Assembly (NCBI RefSeq): GCF_001194135.2
Contig: NC_068982.1
Location: 181,097,727 to 181,161,726 of the forward strand
Direction of reading: 5' to 3'
Origin: Octopus bimaculoides
Lineage: Eukaryota
Length of the DNA: 64,000 bases
Part shown: piece by piece, positions 40,791 to 54,150 of the stretch
Numbering within the stretch: position 1 is the first letter of the stretch
How the letters are laid out: each line of letters begins with the position of its first letter
Notes under the pieces: model-generated
The model's database searches: none
What the model was told of the DNA's origin: nothing
Seen by the model: only the letters and a program-made list of their open reading frames with translations
Made by a program: the position numbers and the translations under genes

Positions 40791-41840
40791 TGCTGCAACA
40801 AGACTATAGCAAGTAATTGAAGACGCTAGAATTATTTTACCGTAAAAAATATTCCAGGTATGTGATAAAAACAATAATGACATTAATAATGCTTTTTTCT
40901 TTTTGTTTATGACTCCACAATGAGGAGTTATTTAATCGATTTACTTTAACACAAACGCCCTTCCTGTCCGACCTGTATTATCTTTGAATGTTGATAGATT
41001 CCAAATCTCTTACTTTCTATTAACTTTCATTCGAAATGTTCACGTGCGTTTTAAAGAATATCTATAAGTATGTAAACAACCATAGACTTACTATGTCCAC
41101 GGAAGAAGAAGTAAGGATTTAAATTCAGGGAGGTTGGTTTACATAGCTTTTATATGCATGTATTTGTAAGAAGTAAAAGCAAGCATTACATTTTAGACGG
41201 TTTTGGATTCCTACAACTTGGCAAATTCAAGCAGGATTTTCCCAGTATAGTTATGGTGTGAAATATGTGTTACAAAAATTGCCTGGGTGCCTATTGGTGA
41301 GACCTTTTCTGATGAGAGCTAGAAAGTGTCAATCGATCGGTGTAATTCTGGAACTCAACGTTATTTACAGGAATTTTCTCTGTAACAATTATTCAGGAAG
41401 AAATCTTGTTTTGGGACAAATCCATTCTCAGAAATATGGAAAGCCCTGAAAAGTTACAATACCACTATTACCCTGTGAATAAATCAATCCAAATAACATC
41501 TGTGCAGCCGAAAAATAGGTTTTTCATTACAAATCTAATTGACAAGAGCCTTTAATGTTATATTCTACATTTTACCCTGATGGAAAACTCAGACGTCAGA
41601 TCAAGGGATCTGCTGTTATTATCTAATCATTTTAGATAGAAATAAACGTCCTAATATTTATATATTAACGAATTTGTTATCTGACACATTTCTCTTACGT
41701 TACTGGCAACATAATCTCGCCGTGTGAAATGCGTCGTTGTAGCAGCTTATCCAATATCAAACTCAGCCTATCATATGTGTGGGTTTCTACTGCTTAGCGT
41801 GCGTTTGTGTGTATTAGGTGCTTTGAAATGTAATAGAATA

Positions 41841-42060
41841 TGCGGCACAAAGCGAGCCCAAAGTTTTACGCAGTGATATTGAGTTCAAGACCTAGCGTTT
41901 GAGAAGCAAACATAGAAGACACATAAGCATAATACTGCCTGGGTGACGTCCTTTCTTTTGACAAATGGACACGCTACTGAAACTGATGCTGCTGATGATG
42001 ATGATGATGCTACTGCTGCTTCTACTACTACTACTGCTACTACTACTACTACTACTACTG

Positions 42061-42126
<66 letters not shown>

Positions 42127-42130
42127 TCAT
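41841..42130 (+). repeat. Dispersed ~135-bp repeat copy 2 with long (GAT)/(CTA)n tail
   Basis: tgcggcacaaagc.agcccaaagttttacgcagtgatattga.ttcaaga is shared with 40627. Confidence 0.85.
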
Positions 42131-42356
42131 TACACTACTAACCATATATTTATTTCAGCTACGAAGTCTGATGATAGTGCAATTTGGGAAAAAAGGGCGT
42201 GTGTTTCTCAACGACTTTCCAATGACAGTGCAGAAGCAATTAAATGCTTATTGCACCCTTTATAGTGCAGCTAATATATATTTTGAATCTACATGCAGTG
42301 CTTTACCAGTACACATATAACAGCATACATTCAACATGGAAAGGAAAATTCCAGGA

Positions 42357-42422
<66 letters not shown>

Positions 42423-42630
42423 TTGTGTGTTTGTGTGCCACAAATATACCGTAACGTAATTACTAGCAACCATTGAGCCAATTAATTACATACATATAAA
42501 TACACACATGCATATAAGTACAGAAGCATACACATATTCACGCACACAGCTAGGATCATAGAGAAAGAGGGATAGGGCAAATATGATAGATAGTTTTATA
42601 TATATATNNNNNNNNNNTATATATATATAT

Positions 42631-42673
<43 letters not shown>

Positions 42674-42675
42674 AG

Positions 42676-42731
<56 letters not shown>

Positions 42732-42735
42732 CATG
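42357..42735. repeat. (TA)n/(TG)n/(GA)n/(GATA)n microsatellite cluster
   Basis: Directly visible, with a short unique interval between arrays. Confidence 0.8.
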
Positions 42736-43489
42736 GTGAGAAACTAAGACAGACAGAGAGATGAATTGCGAGAGGGTAAAGGAGATATAATGAAATTAAG
42801 ATTGTGCTATTAAACGAAAGATAGTGACATTCTGAGATGTGTGAAATTTTGCAGAAATATTGCTGACGGAAATGAAATGCTGTTCGCTAAGATAATTTCG
42901 AGTAAGAAAAACTTCATGATTCGTGGGAATTATGTAAACCAGAAGTTCCATTTTCAATTTAACTCTCTTTAAAATATTTCTGCAGAAATTGTTTCTGAAT
43001 AACATATTAGCTCGGCAGACACAACGTTGTAAACATGTGTATTTATGTGCATACTTCTGAACGTGTTTGCAACGCACACATGAGCACAATTAAAGATGAT
43101 GTGTACATGGTGTGCTAACATTTGCTAGAAATTATAAATATATTACAATTAGACGCACATAAACGAACACACATGCACGCACACATACACACATACACGC
43201 ACACACGGTCACATACATTCACACACACGCACACTTACACATACGGAGTCTATAGAATATAGGCACATCAGCATGTAGGACGCCATAAATAGCTAGGTAT
43301 GATAACATGGAGGTCACAATGAGGCAAGAGATCAAGTGTTGGGAGGATACTATAGGGTACTGCTGGACAAAATACACGCCTAAAATTTTACGTGAAAACA
43401 GTGGATTATATGTTATGACGTAATCTATGAATACGTGAATAAAATTCTACTATAGCACCTTCTATGCAACCATTAAAGCAATGTATGTA

Positions 43490-43520
<31 letters not shown>

Positions 43521-43679
43521 TCCCTTTCTGTCATTTCAATATGTAACCACATGTGAATCGTTGGCGATTTTCTTCCTCCGTCTTCCTTCTTTTCTTTTCT
43601 CTCTTTCTGTCTGTCTGAAATTATGGATGAGAGGGCAAGTTGATTATATCAACCCCAGTATTCAACAAAACATAGAAAT

Positions 43680-44557
43680 CTAGTGCTGGGTAAGAGTTAT
43701 AATATTCACTGGGAAACTCTAGGCATAGAAGACGAAGAGAAAGAACCAGCTGGTCTATTTAAGTGCACTATCGGGCCTGTTACAACTATGGATAACATCT
43801 AGGAATCCCTGGCCTAGCAGTGCTACCGAGATCTGCCAGTTCGATATAACTGCAGAGGACCGGAATCGCCGTCAGGCGGGACTGTCCGAAACACGCTCAA
43901 AGCGATGAAACTGTTTGACTTGTGGAATTATTTTGAACGGCTATTATCATCTGTGAGACAAATCCGACTATCGACAGAATACTTCGTGAGAATCGTTCTA
44001 CAATCCACCTTTAACAAGGCAGAGCAGGCGCTGTTCCTCTATCTAGTGTTCACGGTGAAAGAGGTTGTGTGATGGACGAGACTGAAAGAATTAAGGAAAG
44101 ACGCTTTCCTCTTCGGTCAAGCTCTCATTGACTTTTCAAGTTCCACTTGGAGAGGAAAGTTATGGTGTAGAATGAAGTACTACCTCCCAGTGATTTTGTG
44201 AAAAGATGGATAATTGTGGCAAAAAATAGTTAGAATGAATAGTACTCCAACTACGGGCCTGTAGATTAGAAAGCAGGAAAGAAAAAGAGAAAGAGAGATG
44301 GAGAGAAGGATCTCGTACATTAGGCAGCCTCTCTAATTCTTCATCTGTGAGTTTCCTTGATTGGCCATAGTTGGGGTTTCTCCTCTATCAGGAGCTGCAT
44401 CATTCATGCTATCACATACTTTGTATATTCTGTATACGTTTATTGCATTTCATTGTCTCTTCAGTTTTCTTCTCTCCCTAATGTAAATGCCCACAGTTAT
44501 TGTTGTCTATCCATTTGATGCCCCCTTCATCTATGCCCCTGTGGCTAATAACAGAAA

Positions 44558-44560
<3 letters not shown>
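43680..44560 (+). mobile_element. Tx1-like (L1 clade) LINE 3' end with UTR
   Basis: Translation ...AMKLFDLWNYFERLLS...STEYFVRI...KEVV*WTR.K.L....LFGQALIDFFKFHL.RK...F.KRWI resembles the Tx1 ORF2 C-terminus, followed by a pyrimidine-rich UTR and (ATT)n. Confidence 0.65.
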
Positions 44561-44652
<92 letters not shown>

Positions 44653-44697
44653 TAGATTTATTTTTATAACGTGTTTTCACTTCACTACCGAGCGCAG
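44560..44697 (-). mobile_element. (TAA)n array plus ~48-bp R4/Dong 3' terminus
   Basis: 44650-44697 is nearly identical to the terminus at 21945-21995. Confidence 0.8.
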
Positions 44698-44899
44698 TAA
44701 GAGAAAAAGAAAAGCAGGAAAAATCTTGAAAAAGGTTGGTACAAAAACTGGAACGAGAACAAACGAAATCAAGAAACTAAGATATTCGTCCTTACTGATT
44801 GCAGAAAGCTCATTAAATACAGCTGATATAGAACAAAATATCAGAAATTTGTCAAAGTCTGCGAGACACCAACTCAATCTGGAGTAGTCTGTGGCTTCC

Positions 44900-45400
44900 A
44901 ATTCTATAAAAGAAACCTGTCCATGTGTTTACACCTGCTGAATTAAAATATCATACAGCTGCTACTCCAATATGAAGAAATGTTAAGTCGCAAAAATCAC
45001 CAAGAGACTAGATCCAGTTGTTACTGTCGAGACCTTGAAGTTTGCCCACTTGATCAAACGTGTATGATAGATTCCGTCATATACGAGGCTGAAGTTACAG
45101 CTACGATCCAAGACAACTCAATTGAAAAGAAAAAAATGCATCGAGTTATATGATGGCGAATTCAAGAGACGTTATGCAAACCAACTATCTTCTTTCCGGC
45201 ATATCGATAAAGTTAATGCAACGGAGTTTGCTAGCCACGTATGAATTTTGAGGAGCAGCTACTCATCAAATACAATTATACTTAAATCGAAGCCATATGA
45301 TAATTAATCTAAGAAATGCAACTTATGGGTAGCAGAAAGGCTTCATATTCTTCTTCGATCCTACAATTCCAACACTGCTTAATTCCAGATGTGAAAATCT
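44900..45400 (+). mobile_element. Penelope-like element GIY-YIG endonuclease relic
   Basis: CPLDQTCMIDSVIYEAEV...FKRRYANQLSSFRH...ATEFASHV...KPYDN*SKKCNL..ERLHIL matches the Penelope C-terminal pattern. Confidence 0.75.
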
Positions 45401-46659
45401 TAGAAGGTGTAGACACATGAACAAGTTTGTTTTATCGAATTGGAGGGCACCACCCGCTCGCAGACTTCGATATATTTTTTTGTTATTTTGTTCTAAACAA
45501 GTCGCAATTAATGAGATTTCTGAAATAAAGTAGGCTGAGGATGTTTTTATTTCGTTTGTTGTCGTTCCATTTTTGGCACCAATCGTCTTTACATGTCTGC
45601 CATGACTTTTCTTATTTTCTTCCTGTCCAGTGTCCTTGCTTGTAAAAAAATATATAACTCATACACAGTGTCTGAAGGATTGATTTAAGATACTTGGCGT
45701 ATTTTATAAATATAAAAATATACCTGTTCAAGTAACATAAAATAATGAAACTATTAGTAGCTCTTTCGGTTGCATATTGAACCGAAATACTTATCTCTCA
45801 CTGGAAGGAGTATTTTTTTTTTGATTCTACTTCTATTGGTTCTATTAATTATATATGTGTGTGCGTGTGTGTGTGTATCAGATACTTCATGCGCAGACAC
45901 ATATAATACGAAGTTACTGAGAGAAATTATGGATAGAAGAAATATTGAGTGATTGATAGTTGATAGATAGAGTGTTCGAGTATTCGTTACTTTATAGTTT
46001 TTGAAATATTTGAAAGGCAAGGTATTTTTTGAAATACGATATAAAACACATTTAACAATTTTTGGCATTTGTTTAACCATGAAATTATAAAGTTTGTGCA
46101 TATTCAAAACAATTTGCTGAGATGATATCAACATCTGCAGTATTATGTTTCAGGCAGAATACATCACATTACTAAATCTTTCACCCAAGCACACTTGAAA
46201 TAATATTAAAAGCTGCATACACTTTGTTTTACACTACAGAACACACACACTGATGCTTATTGATGACCTTTCAAAAGGATGCTAGACGCTGTATTTTACT
46301 GAATATGTATGACTGTAAAATGAGTACAATCAGTACAGTTTGCTTAAGTTGCGTTTATCGTAGATACAACATTTTGCGTTCTATCTTGTCTGGAACCTTG
46401 GGCAAGGACATTTTACATTTGCCTCCATCTCAGTACTTCCTCGCCAGTCAGATTTGGATACGTGTTATGGTACCCATTGCAAGTGCTGTTCACGCTATTG
46501 TTTTATTTATTGAATCCATTGTTTTGTTTAATATCACCAACTGGTCCGTTCAAGCCTTTAATATGGTCAACATCTGTAGAATATTACATAATAATAACAG
46601 ATAACACCTCGAGTAGTAGTTCTATTACGTACAGAATATATATGTGTGTGTGTGCAACA

Positions 46660-48365
46660 CGTTGTGTGAGAGAAGATTCTGATGTTATAGGAGAGAAATG
46701 TATCCGGATAGATGATGGTGCACTTGCTTTTAATGAGTCTGCAAAGAAAGAGGCTTTGAGATGCCATTCTGGAAGACTATTCAACGTGGAGAATGAATGA
46801 GAGGAGTAGAGTCTGTCAAACGTTGACCCAAATTAGGGACCAGCTACACGAAAATTACAGTACACTGGTAGATAAATCATTGAAGATATGAAGACAGGGA
46901 AAGCCCCTGGCATATCAGGAATCATCGCGGCGATACCTAAAGTATCTGGCGGTGTGAGTTATGGTGTAGTCACTTGTATTGTAAATCAGGTAGTTCCTGA
47001 AGGGGTCATACACAATGAGTGGCGCAGCAGCACCATAGTCAACTGCTACAAATGTAAATGTGATGCCTTAGATGGAAATGATTACAGAGGTATCAAATAG
47101 TTGGATCAGGTGATGAAAGTTACAGAGAGCGTCATAGATCAAACAATCAGAGAGAAAGAGAGATTTAGTCTAGATGAGATGCAGTTTGTTTTTGTCCCCG
47201 GTAGAAGCATCACTGATGCTATATTTCTTTTAGGGCAACTGCAGGAGAATACCTAGCCAAAGATAAACCTCAGTACTTGGGTTTTGTTAACTTGGAGAAA
47301 GATTTTGACAGGGTCCCCTGACCCTTATCTGGTGGTCAATACGGAAACTAGGGATAGACGAGTGGTTGGTGAGAACCATATGAACCTTGTACAGAAAGGC
47401 TACCAGTAAGATGGGCAACGAGTACAGCGAAGAATTCAGAGTACAAGTAGGGGTTCACCAAGGGTCGGTGCTCAATCCCATCTAGTGCTCCAGGGAATAA
47501 GAGAGAAATTCAAGACAGGCTGCTCCTGGGAGATCCGCTATGCTGATGACCTTGATCTTATAACAGAATCACTACCTGAACTAGAGCCGAAGTTCCAGGC
47601 ATGAAAGCAAGGTCTAGAATCAAAGAGCCTTAGAGTTAACCTAGACAAAACCAAAGTCTTAGTAAGCAGGAAAGCAGACAAATCACAAATCTCTTCAGGT
47701 AGATGACCCTCTTCAATCTGCATAAAAGGTGTGGGTAGAAACTCCATAAGATGCACCCAGTGTAAGCTTTGGACACATAAAAGGTGCTGCAACATCACAG
47801 GGAAGGTTAACAGGGAAACTAACATTCGTATGGACAAGAACAGCTGTGTAAAGAAGTGCCGATCTCTAACTGTGGTAGTGGTAGACCCAGAAAGACATCG
47901 GGCGAGGTGGTGAAGCATAATCTTCGAACTTTAGGCGTTACAGAAGCAATGACTGGTGACTGCGATCTTTGGTGACGTACTGTGCTTCAGAGGATCCGTC
48001 AAGCACCCGTGCGAGGCAAAGTGGCGGAGTTTCTTGCGAGTGCTGGGCCTGGCGGAGGCAATGGCCAAGACCTTTCGCATTAAGACGTACTTGAGAAGAC
48101 CCATCAAGCCGAGCGAAATCGCCGTTGTGGCAAATACCGGTGTCCGGCAAATTGGTACCCATGCCAATCGAGTGTAAATGCACCCGGTGTCACGAAAATG
48201 GCATCCGTGCCGGCGACACGTAAAAGCACCCGTTACGCTTTCGGAGCGGTTGGCATTGAGAAGGGCATGCAGCTCCAGACAACTATGCCAAATCAGACTT
48301 GAATCTGGCGCTGTGTTCTAGCATGCCAACCCATGGACAACGGGCATTACATGATGATGATGATG
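46660..48365 (+). mobile_element. RTE-clade LINE, 5'-truncated and decayed, with 3' UTR and (GAT)n tail
   Basis: MKTGKAPGISG, YRGIK*LDQVMKV, DEMQF.FVPGRSITDAIF, RYADDL, C-terminal RPRKT..EVVKH.LRTLG.TEAMT.D.DLW. Confidence 0.92.
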
Positions 48366-48466
48366 ATTATATATATATATATATATATATATATNNNNNN
48401 NNNNNNNNNNNNNNNNNNNNNNNNNNNNNNNNNNNNNNNNNNNNNNNNNNNNNNNNNNNNNNNNNA

Positions 48467-49352
48467 TTGGCTGTGAGGATTAATTTATGAGCGTGTTTTT
48501 TTAACTTTAAAAATGCACGCAGAAATATAACGCATTGGCAAAATGTTTTATGTTATTTGAAAGGTTATTGTTTGCTCTACAAGATTTTGTTTTTAAAAAC
48601 ATTTTCTGATTCTTTGTATATTTTTAGATCCTCAAAATGCAATGTCAATTGAACAAAGCTGGGCATTTTCGACACCATTTGATTTTTGAAGTTAATCGAA
48701 GTGTTAAGCCTGACGAAGATCCTCGTGACATTTGTGCTGTGTATGGAGAAGTAGCACTGTCTCAAAATACCACCCGCCGTTGGTTTTCGCGCTTCATTAA
48801 TGGGAAATTTGACCTCAAAGACGGATCACCCACCGTTCAACCAACTGAGTTCGATGAAGAGGCATTGAATATAAACTTCTGCACGATAAACCAAGTCAAA
48901 CGGATAAAGAATTGGCGCAGCTGACGGATTATAATATAAAAGAAACTGTAGTGAACCACCTTCACTCAATGGGCAAGGTTCATATCAAACTCAACTGGGC
49001 TACCGGTGTGTGATACCTCCTTGAAGTCTAAATTTCCATCTTTGAAGAGCGGCGGGCTTCTCCATGCACAACAGAAATGTTACGAGCAACTTCGTCGGGA
49101 TTAACAACCCGTTTAGAAGCAAAAAGCAAATGATGTTGAAAATCCTAGGTTTTGTCCAGTTGACAGTCACTTTTAATGATCTGAAAATACAACGCAAAAA
49201 TCAATAAAATTAAGAAATCAAAGCACACTTGTAGATCAAACAATACTCATTCAAATAACATAAAACTTTTTTATGAACGCATTTTATTTCTACGTGCATT
49301 TTTTAAATATTTGAATGAAAAAATGCTCATGAATTATTCCTCAACCGAATAT
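48467..49352 (+). mobile_element. Internally deleted mariner element with both terminal inverted repeats
   Basis: ~110-bp imperfect TIRs (48467-48575 vs 49240-49352); ORF MQCQLNKAGHFRHHL...DICAVYGE...RWFSRF..GKFDLKD...EFDEE is the mariner HTH region; catalytic core missing. Confidence 0.88.
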
Positions 49353-50849
49353 ATATTGTATATGTGTATGTGTGTGTGTGCGTGCATATACATATGTACA
49401 TACATATAAATGTATGTATGTACTCATGTGTGTATGCATGTATGGTATGTATGTGTATATACATATATACGTTTGTTTGCTTGCTTGTGTGCGTGTGTGT
49501 TTGTGTGTATGTGCATGTTCAGCATAGTGGATGTGTTACAATATATTTCTTTTGCGTAATGTCAGTTACATTCTACACCAGACTGTGATCTATATCAGTT
49601 TCCTGCATGAAGTGCAATGATATATCGGCTAGACATTGAGAGATATTTTGTATGTATGGTTTAATGATTTAATAGACTGCGTTATCCTATCGGAGATTCG
49701 ACGATAGGTCAACACGAGGCGTTGTAAGACGATGCTTTGTGAAGGTGGTGCATGTGGGATTAAAACCAACACCATATACTTGCATATCTTCTTAACTAAA
49801 GAGTACACGTAGCACTCAGAATATTTAATCAGTAATAAATAGCAATGGTGTTATATAGCACTACCGCTATAAGATGTAGCAATGACGAGCTGAAGGGATA
49901 CTTTCAGTGGAATGAATGAATTATATTCATGCTTCATTCAAATTACTGGGATCTTTCATTCCATCTTGGTCACTATTTTTTGTAGTGCTTAGTTCTTCTT
50001 TGTCCACCACTTGGCAGGGATTAGTCCATCACCTTGATTCAGTTCCATTGTTCATCGCATTCGGAAATCTTAGTTCAGAACTATGGTTTATCTAATTGGC
50101 CGTCCTAATTTCCTCTGGTCCACCCCATTGACAGCTAGTCTGCTTCCTTGGTCAACCCCACATGTCATATCTATGTACGTAGTTCAGCCTGTTTAATTTC
50201 ATTGGGAAGTTCTAGCTGTCAGATATGTACAGTATACATCAGTTATTTATCATCCATACGTTTAATTGTATGGAAATATATTGTAATTGAATGACTGTCA
50301 TACACTTATAATAACTTCTTTCCTCTTTATTAATTGGTATGTGTATGTACTAGTATCCTACAAATGTGAAAACGTACACGTGGAGCATTTGCAAACGTCT
50401 TTCATCCGTACAAGCAAAGAGTATGGTACTTAAGATTTGCAAATGATTATCAATAGCTAAATGCAAAAATTAATTTCTTCTTTCGATGCACTCTCTGTGG
50501 GTTGAACATAAAATCAAAACACGTCTTCCTTTCAATAATAAACAGTAATCGTTCTCTTCATGTATGCTTCGTATTATATACCAAATGACCAGGGATCTTA
50601 TATGCACCTCTGCCTCGCTAAAATCACTCCAAGATATACTCACTGCAGATGAAATGAATGGTTTAGAGCCCGTCTTGCAACTATTTCCATAATATAAACA
50701 CACAAAGTGAAGCGTTTCTCAAATATCTTTTGTTAACCTTAACAGAAAGCCATTACTCGATCTCCAGTCCGATTCAACAAATATAGCTATAAGCCATCGT
50801 ATTACTTAAATTGCTCTCAGACAGTACGGTAACAACCAGAACGACTTTC

Positions 50850-51050
50850 CCTTCTTTTTTCTCTATGAAAATATAATCGGCTCTACAGAAAACCTGATAG
50901 CACATTGTCTGTTCCAGTGACTTCCCAATTCTAACAGCTCAAATGTGATAGAAACCTTGTTCCCCACTCTTTCTCATTGCAATGTTGAATGACTTGTTTG
51001 GAACGCAGTGTTTGTGATTCTATGCCGTTACGACTAATTTAATGTTGAGA
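50850..51050 (+). mobile_element. Short RT remnant
   Basis: PCSPLFLIAMLNDL resembles the RT SPLLF..AM motif. Confidence 0.3.
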
Positions 51051-51279
51051 CCTATTGGAGGTCACCAAATGGCATCTTCAACCAGCCTTGCACATGATTC
51101 CCCCATTAACCAAGGTATTCTGTGAGCTCAATACAGCTCCACATCTTAGATTGAATATTTCCTGTAATACGATTTAACGTACGTCACAAGATCTGTTTAT
51201 TTGTGTTTGTTTTTATTGTACACCGTATTACATCTATCTGAATTTATGTATATAAGTGTGTATGCATATATGAATGCAA

Positions 51280-51319
<40 letters not shown>

Positions 51320-52176
51320 GTGTGTGTGTGTGTATGCATGTGTGCATATCAAAATGAGAAGCAAAACTACCAGACAGGACATGTTAACGATCGAAATTGT
51401 TTGTTTGATATACAGAAAAAGAATTCGCTATCAAGCTTCAGAATGGGTATTTGGAAGACACGAGAAAAACTGGAAATAAATATACTACAAAAGAAATCGA
51501 AACGAAAATATTTGAATGAAGTAGTTTAACATGGTGACTGTTATATTTATACAAGAGAAAGAAAAAGAAAACTATTTCGAAGACCGTGACTTCTTAAAAA
51601 GTGACCTTCATAAAGCGAAAGATACTGTTTCGTAATTTTGTTGATATGAGGAAATCTGTGAATACGTATTACTTCTTCGATAGTTGTCATCATCCCAGCC
51701 GTTGTTGTGGTTTCTCTCTACAAGAGTTACTCATTTCAACGGGATCAAAAGTCGTGTGCACATTTATGGGCTAGGTGAAATAATTAATATTCATTTCATT
51801 CGTTCACAGTTGTTTCATAATATTGTTATGTATATAATGTATATTACATAAATATTTGCACGTGTATTAAATATGCATATAAATATATGTGTATAAAAGG
51901 TTGGTGAAACTTTAACTAACGGACGGATCTTCGGAACGATTCATGGTAGTTCAACTCTGCTACAGGAAGCAAGCTAACGCCCAAAGTATACCAAATGTGG
52001 TAGATGTACTCGGCATGTTATCATGTATGTGGGTATGGACTGCCTTAACGTACCGATGCACGTAAATGAACACACATTCAAAGAATGAATATGTAGATAA
52101 ATACAATAAAGTCAAGCAACAGAAAAAAATGTTAACAAAATTAGAAAATAACATGAATGTATATAAGCTTCGAAAT

Positions 52177-52819
52177 CAAAATTATCCGCACTTTCGCTAT
52201 AACATATCTTTATTATTGTCACACTGCCTTCTGCGCATGCATGCTTATTGTTGGTACTATTGGGTCAGTGATGGAAGTTTGAGCTTGATCACGCCATTTT
52301 TCTTTCAGAGTTTACAGTGTAAGCATGGCCGCTCCACTAGCAATGTGCACGAAAGAAGAGCAATGCGCAGTGATCCGATGTTTCTGGTCAGAAGGTGCGT
52401 CAGGTGCTGAAATTCATCTGATACGTTTATCACAATACGGGAACAGTGCACTACCGCGTAGTAGTGTGTATGAGTGGATCACGAAGTTTGAAAGTGGCCG
52501 GACAAGAAATGTGTCTCACGAAGAGGGAGCAAAATGCCCGTCAACATCCACCATTGACGAGAAGATTCAGCAAACTCGAGAAACGCTAATGGTGAACCGG
52601 TTCACCATCACCATCTCTCGGTTCACTGCTCCTTGTTCTTTGGTGCACATTGCTAGTGAGGCGGCCATGTTTACGCTGTAAAGCCAGAAAGAAAAATGGT
52701 GCGATCAGGCTCAAATATTGATCACGTGACCAGAATAGCACCAACTATAAGCACCCATGCGCAGAAGGCAGTCTAACAATAATCAAGATATGTTATGGTG
52801 AAAGTGTGGATAATTTTTG
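52177..52819. mobile_element. Foldback mariner-derived element made of two inverted 5' ends
   Basis: ~195-bp arms (52177-52372 vs 52624-52819). The left arm continues into a mariner N-terminus, MAAPLAMCTKEEQCAVIRCFWSEGASGAEIH...YGNSALPRSSVYEWI.KF.SGRT. Confidence 0.85.
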
Positions 52820-52829
52820 AAAAAGAAAT

Positions 52830-52915
52830 ACTGGGGTTGATTTCTTCGACTAAAAATCCTTCAACGCGGAGCCCCAGCATGGCCGCAGTCTATTGACTGA
52901 AGCAGATAAAGGGTA
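52830..52915 (+). mobile_element. SINE 3' tail fragment (same family as 13234-13635)
   Basis: ttcgactaaa...ccccagcatggccgcagtc..tgactgaa. Confidence 0.7.
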
Positions 52916-53581
52916 ATAATTAAAAATGACAACTGGGCTTTTCAAAGAAGTTGGCTTCCTAAGAATATGTACTTACTGTAATATGTCTATTATATAAAGA
53001 AAAAGAAGTTGAGAATCCCCATATTAATTTAAATGAATAAATCATATGGTGAGAGTAAATGTAGGATAAATAAATAAGACAAACAAATAAGTAAATGTAA
53101 TTGTAAATATAGAGAAATACAAAATAAAACAAGATAAAGTTTGGAAATCTGATAGGAGGGCTTAAGTTGGAATTTTACGCAGTGTTGATTTTGAAAGATG
53201 ACGGCGTTATTTCAAGAAAGTTCACATGTTATCAACATACACATATAAACACATTAAATGAACAACCACAAGCACATTAGCATGCATATACACGTATTCA
53301 TATATGAATATTAATAAGCATGTTCATGCATGTTTATAAACAAGCTTGTTTACGCCCGCGCGCTCATACACACACACGCATACATTAGAGCACAAAATAC
53401 TAATGCCGAAATAGTAATCTTAGTAGTAGTCCATCAATCATTAATTTAATTGACCAAAACAGATTTATAGTATTTTACACTTGCAGCAATGTAAGGATGT
53501 CCATACGCATATATATGGTGTGAGAGACGATATCCACGCAAAAAAAAAAAAAATTCATGCAGTAATTCAGACTTTGTTAAA

Positions 53582-54150
53582 CTACTGCATTAACAGTTGT
53601 ACTAGATAAGACATTTTAATAATATTTTTGTTCACGCCAGTTGTGAATGGAAACAATGAGCTAAAGATAAGGAAAGATAAATGAACAAGTAAATGATAAT
53701 TAAACGAATAACATAAAATAACATCGCATGAATAAGTTGAAATATAGTAGGGGAAATAAAAAACAAAATAGGCCGCATTTAGAAGTATTATTATAGTACT
53801 AGTAGTTTTATATAACACTACATTATTTGCTAGTTGTTTAAATAACAGTACAGATGTAAGTAGGATTAACAGTACATTTATGGACATCGTATTACAGATT
53901 TGTATGAAGATATTACAGCTAATAAATTGTTACATTAAAAATAAAATATATTCAACGATCACAAGTTATGCATATCAGTATTCTCCTCATGATGTAATTT
54001 TAAAATGCCAATCAAATTTGCTCAGTCGGCATACGATAAAATGAACTGAAATAAAATATGTTGATATAATGCAAAAAATGAGAAATAATGAAGATAAAGA
54101 TCATAGTAATCATGGCGATCTACCTATAATGTTTCTATTAATAGTAGTTT
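53582..54150 (-). pseudogene. Probable decayed rhodopsin-class GPCR (chemoreceptor-like)
   Basis: Ordered motifs across frames: VCRLSKF and ILICITCDR (TM3, DRY-like), then a 101-aa ORF with TM5-like INVLLILLTSVLLFKQL, TM6-like KTTSTIIILL...FVFYFPYYI and TM7-like SSLFPF...NKNIIK. Contains stops and frameshifts; TM4 is not evident. Confidence 0.4.
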
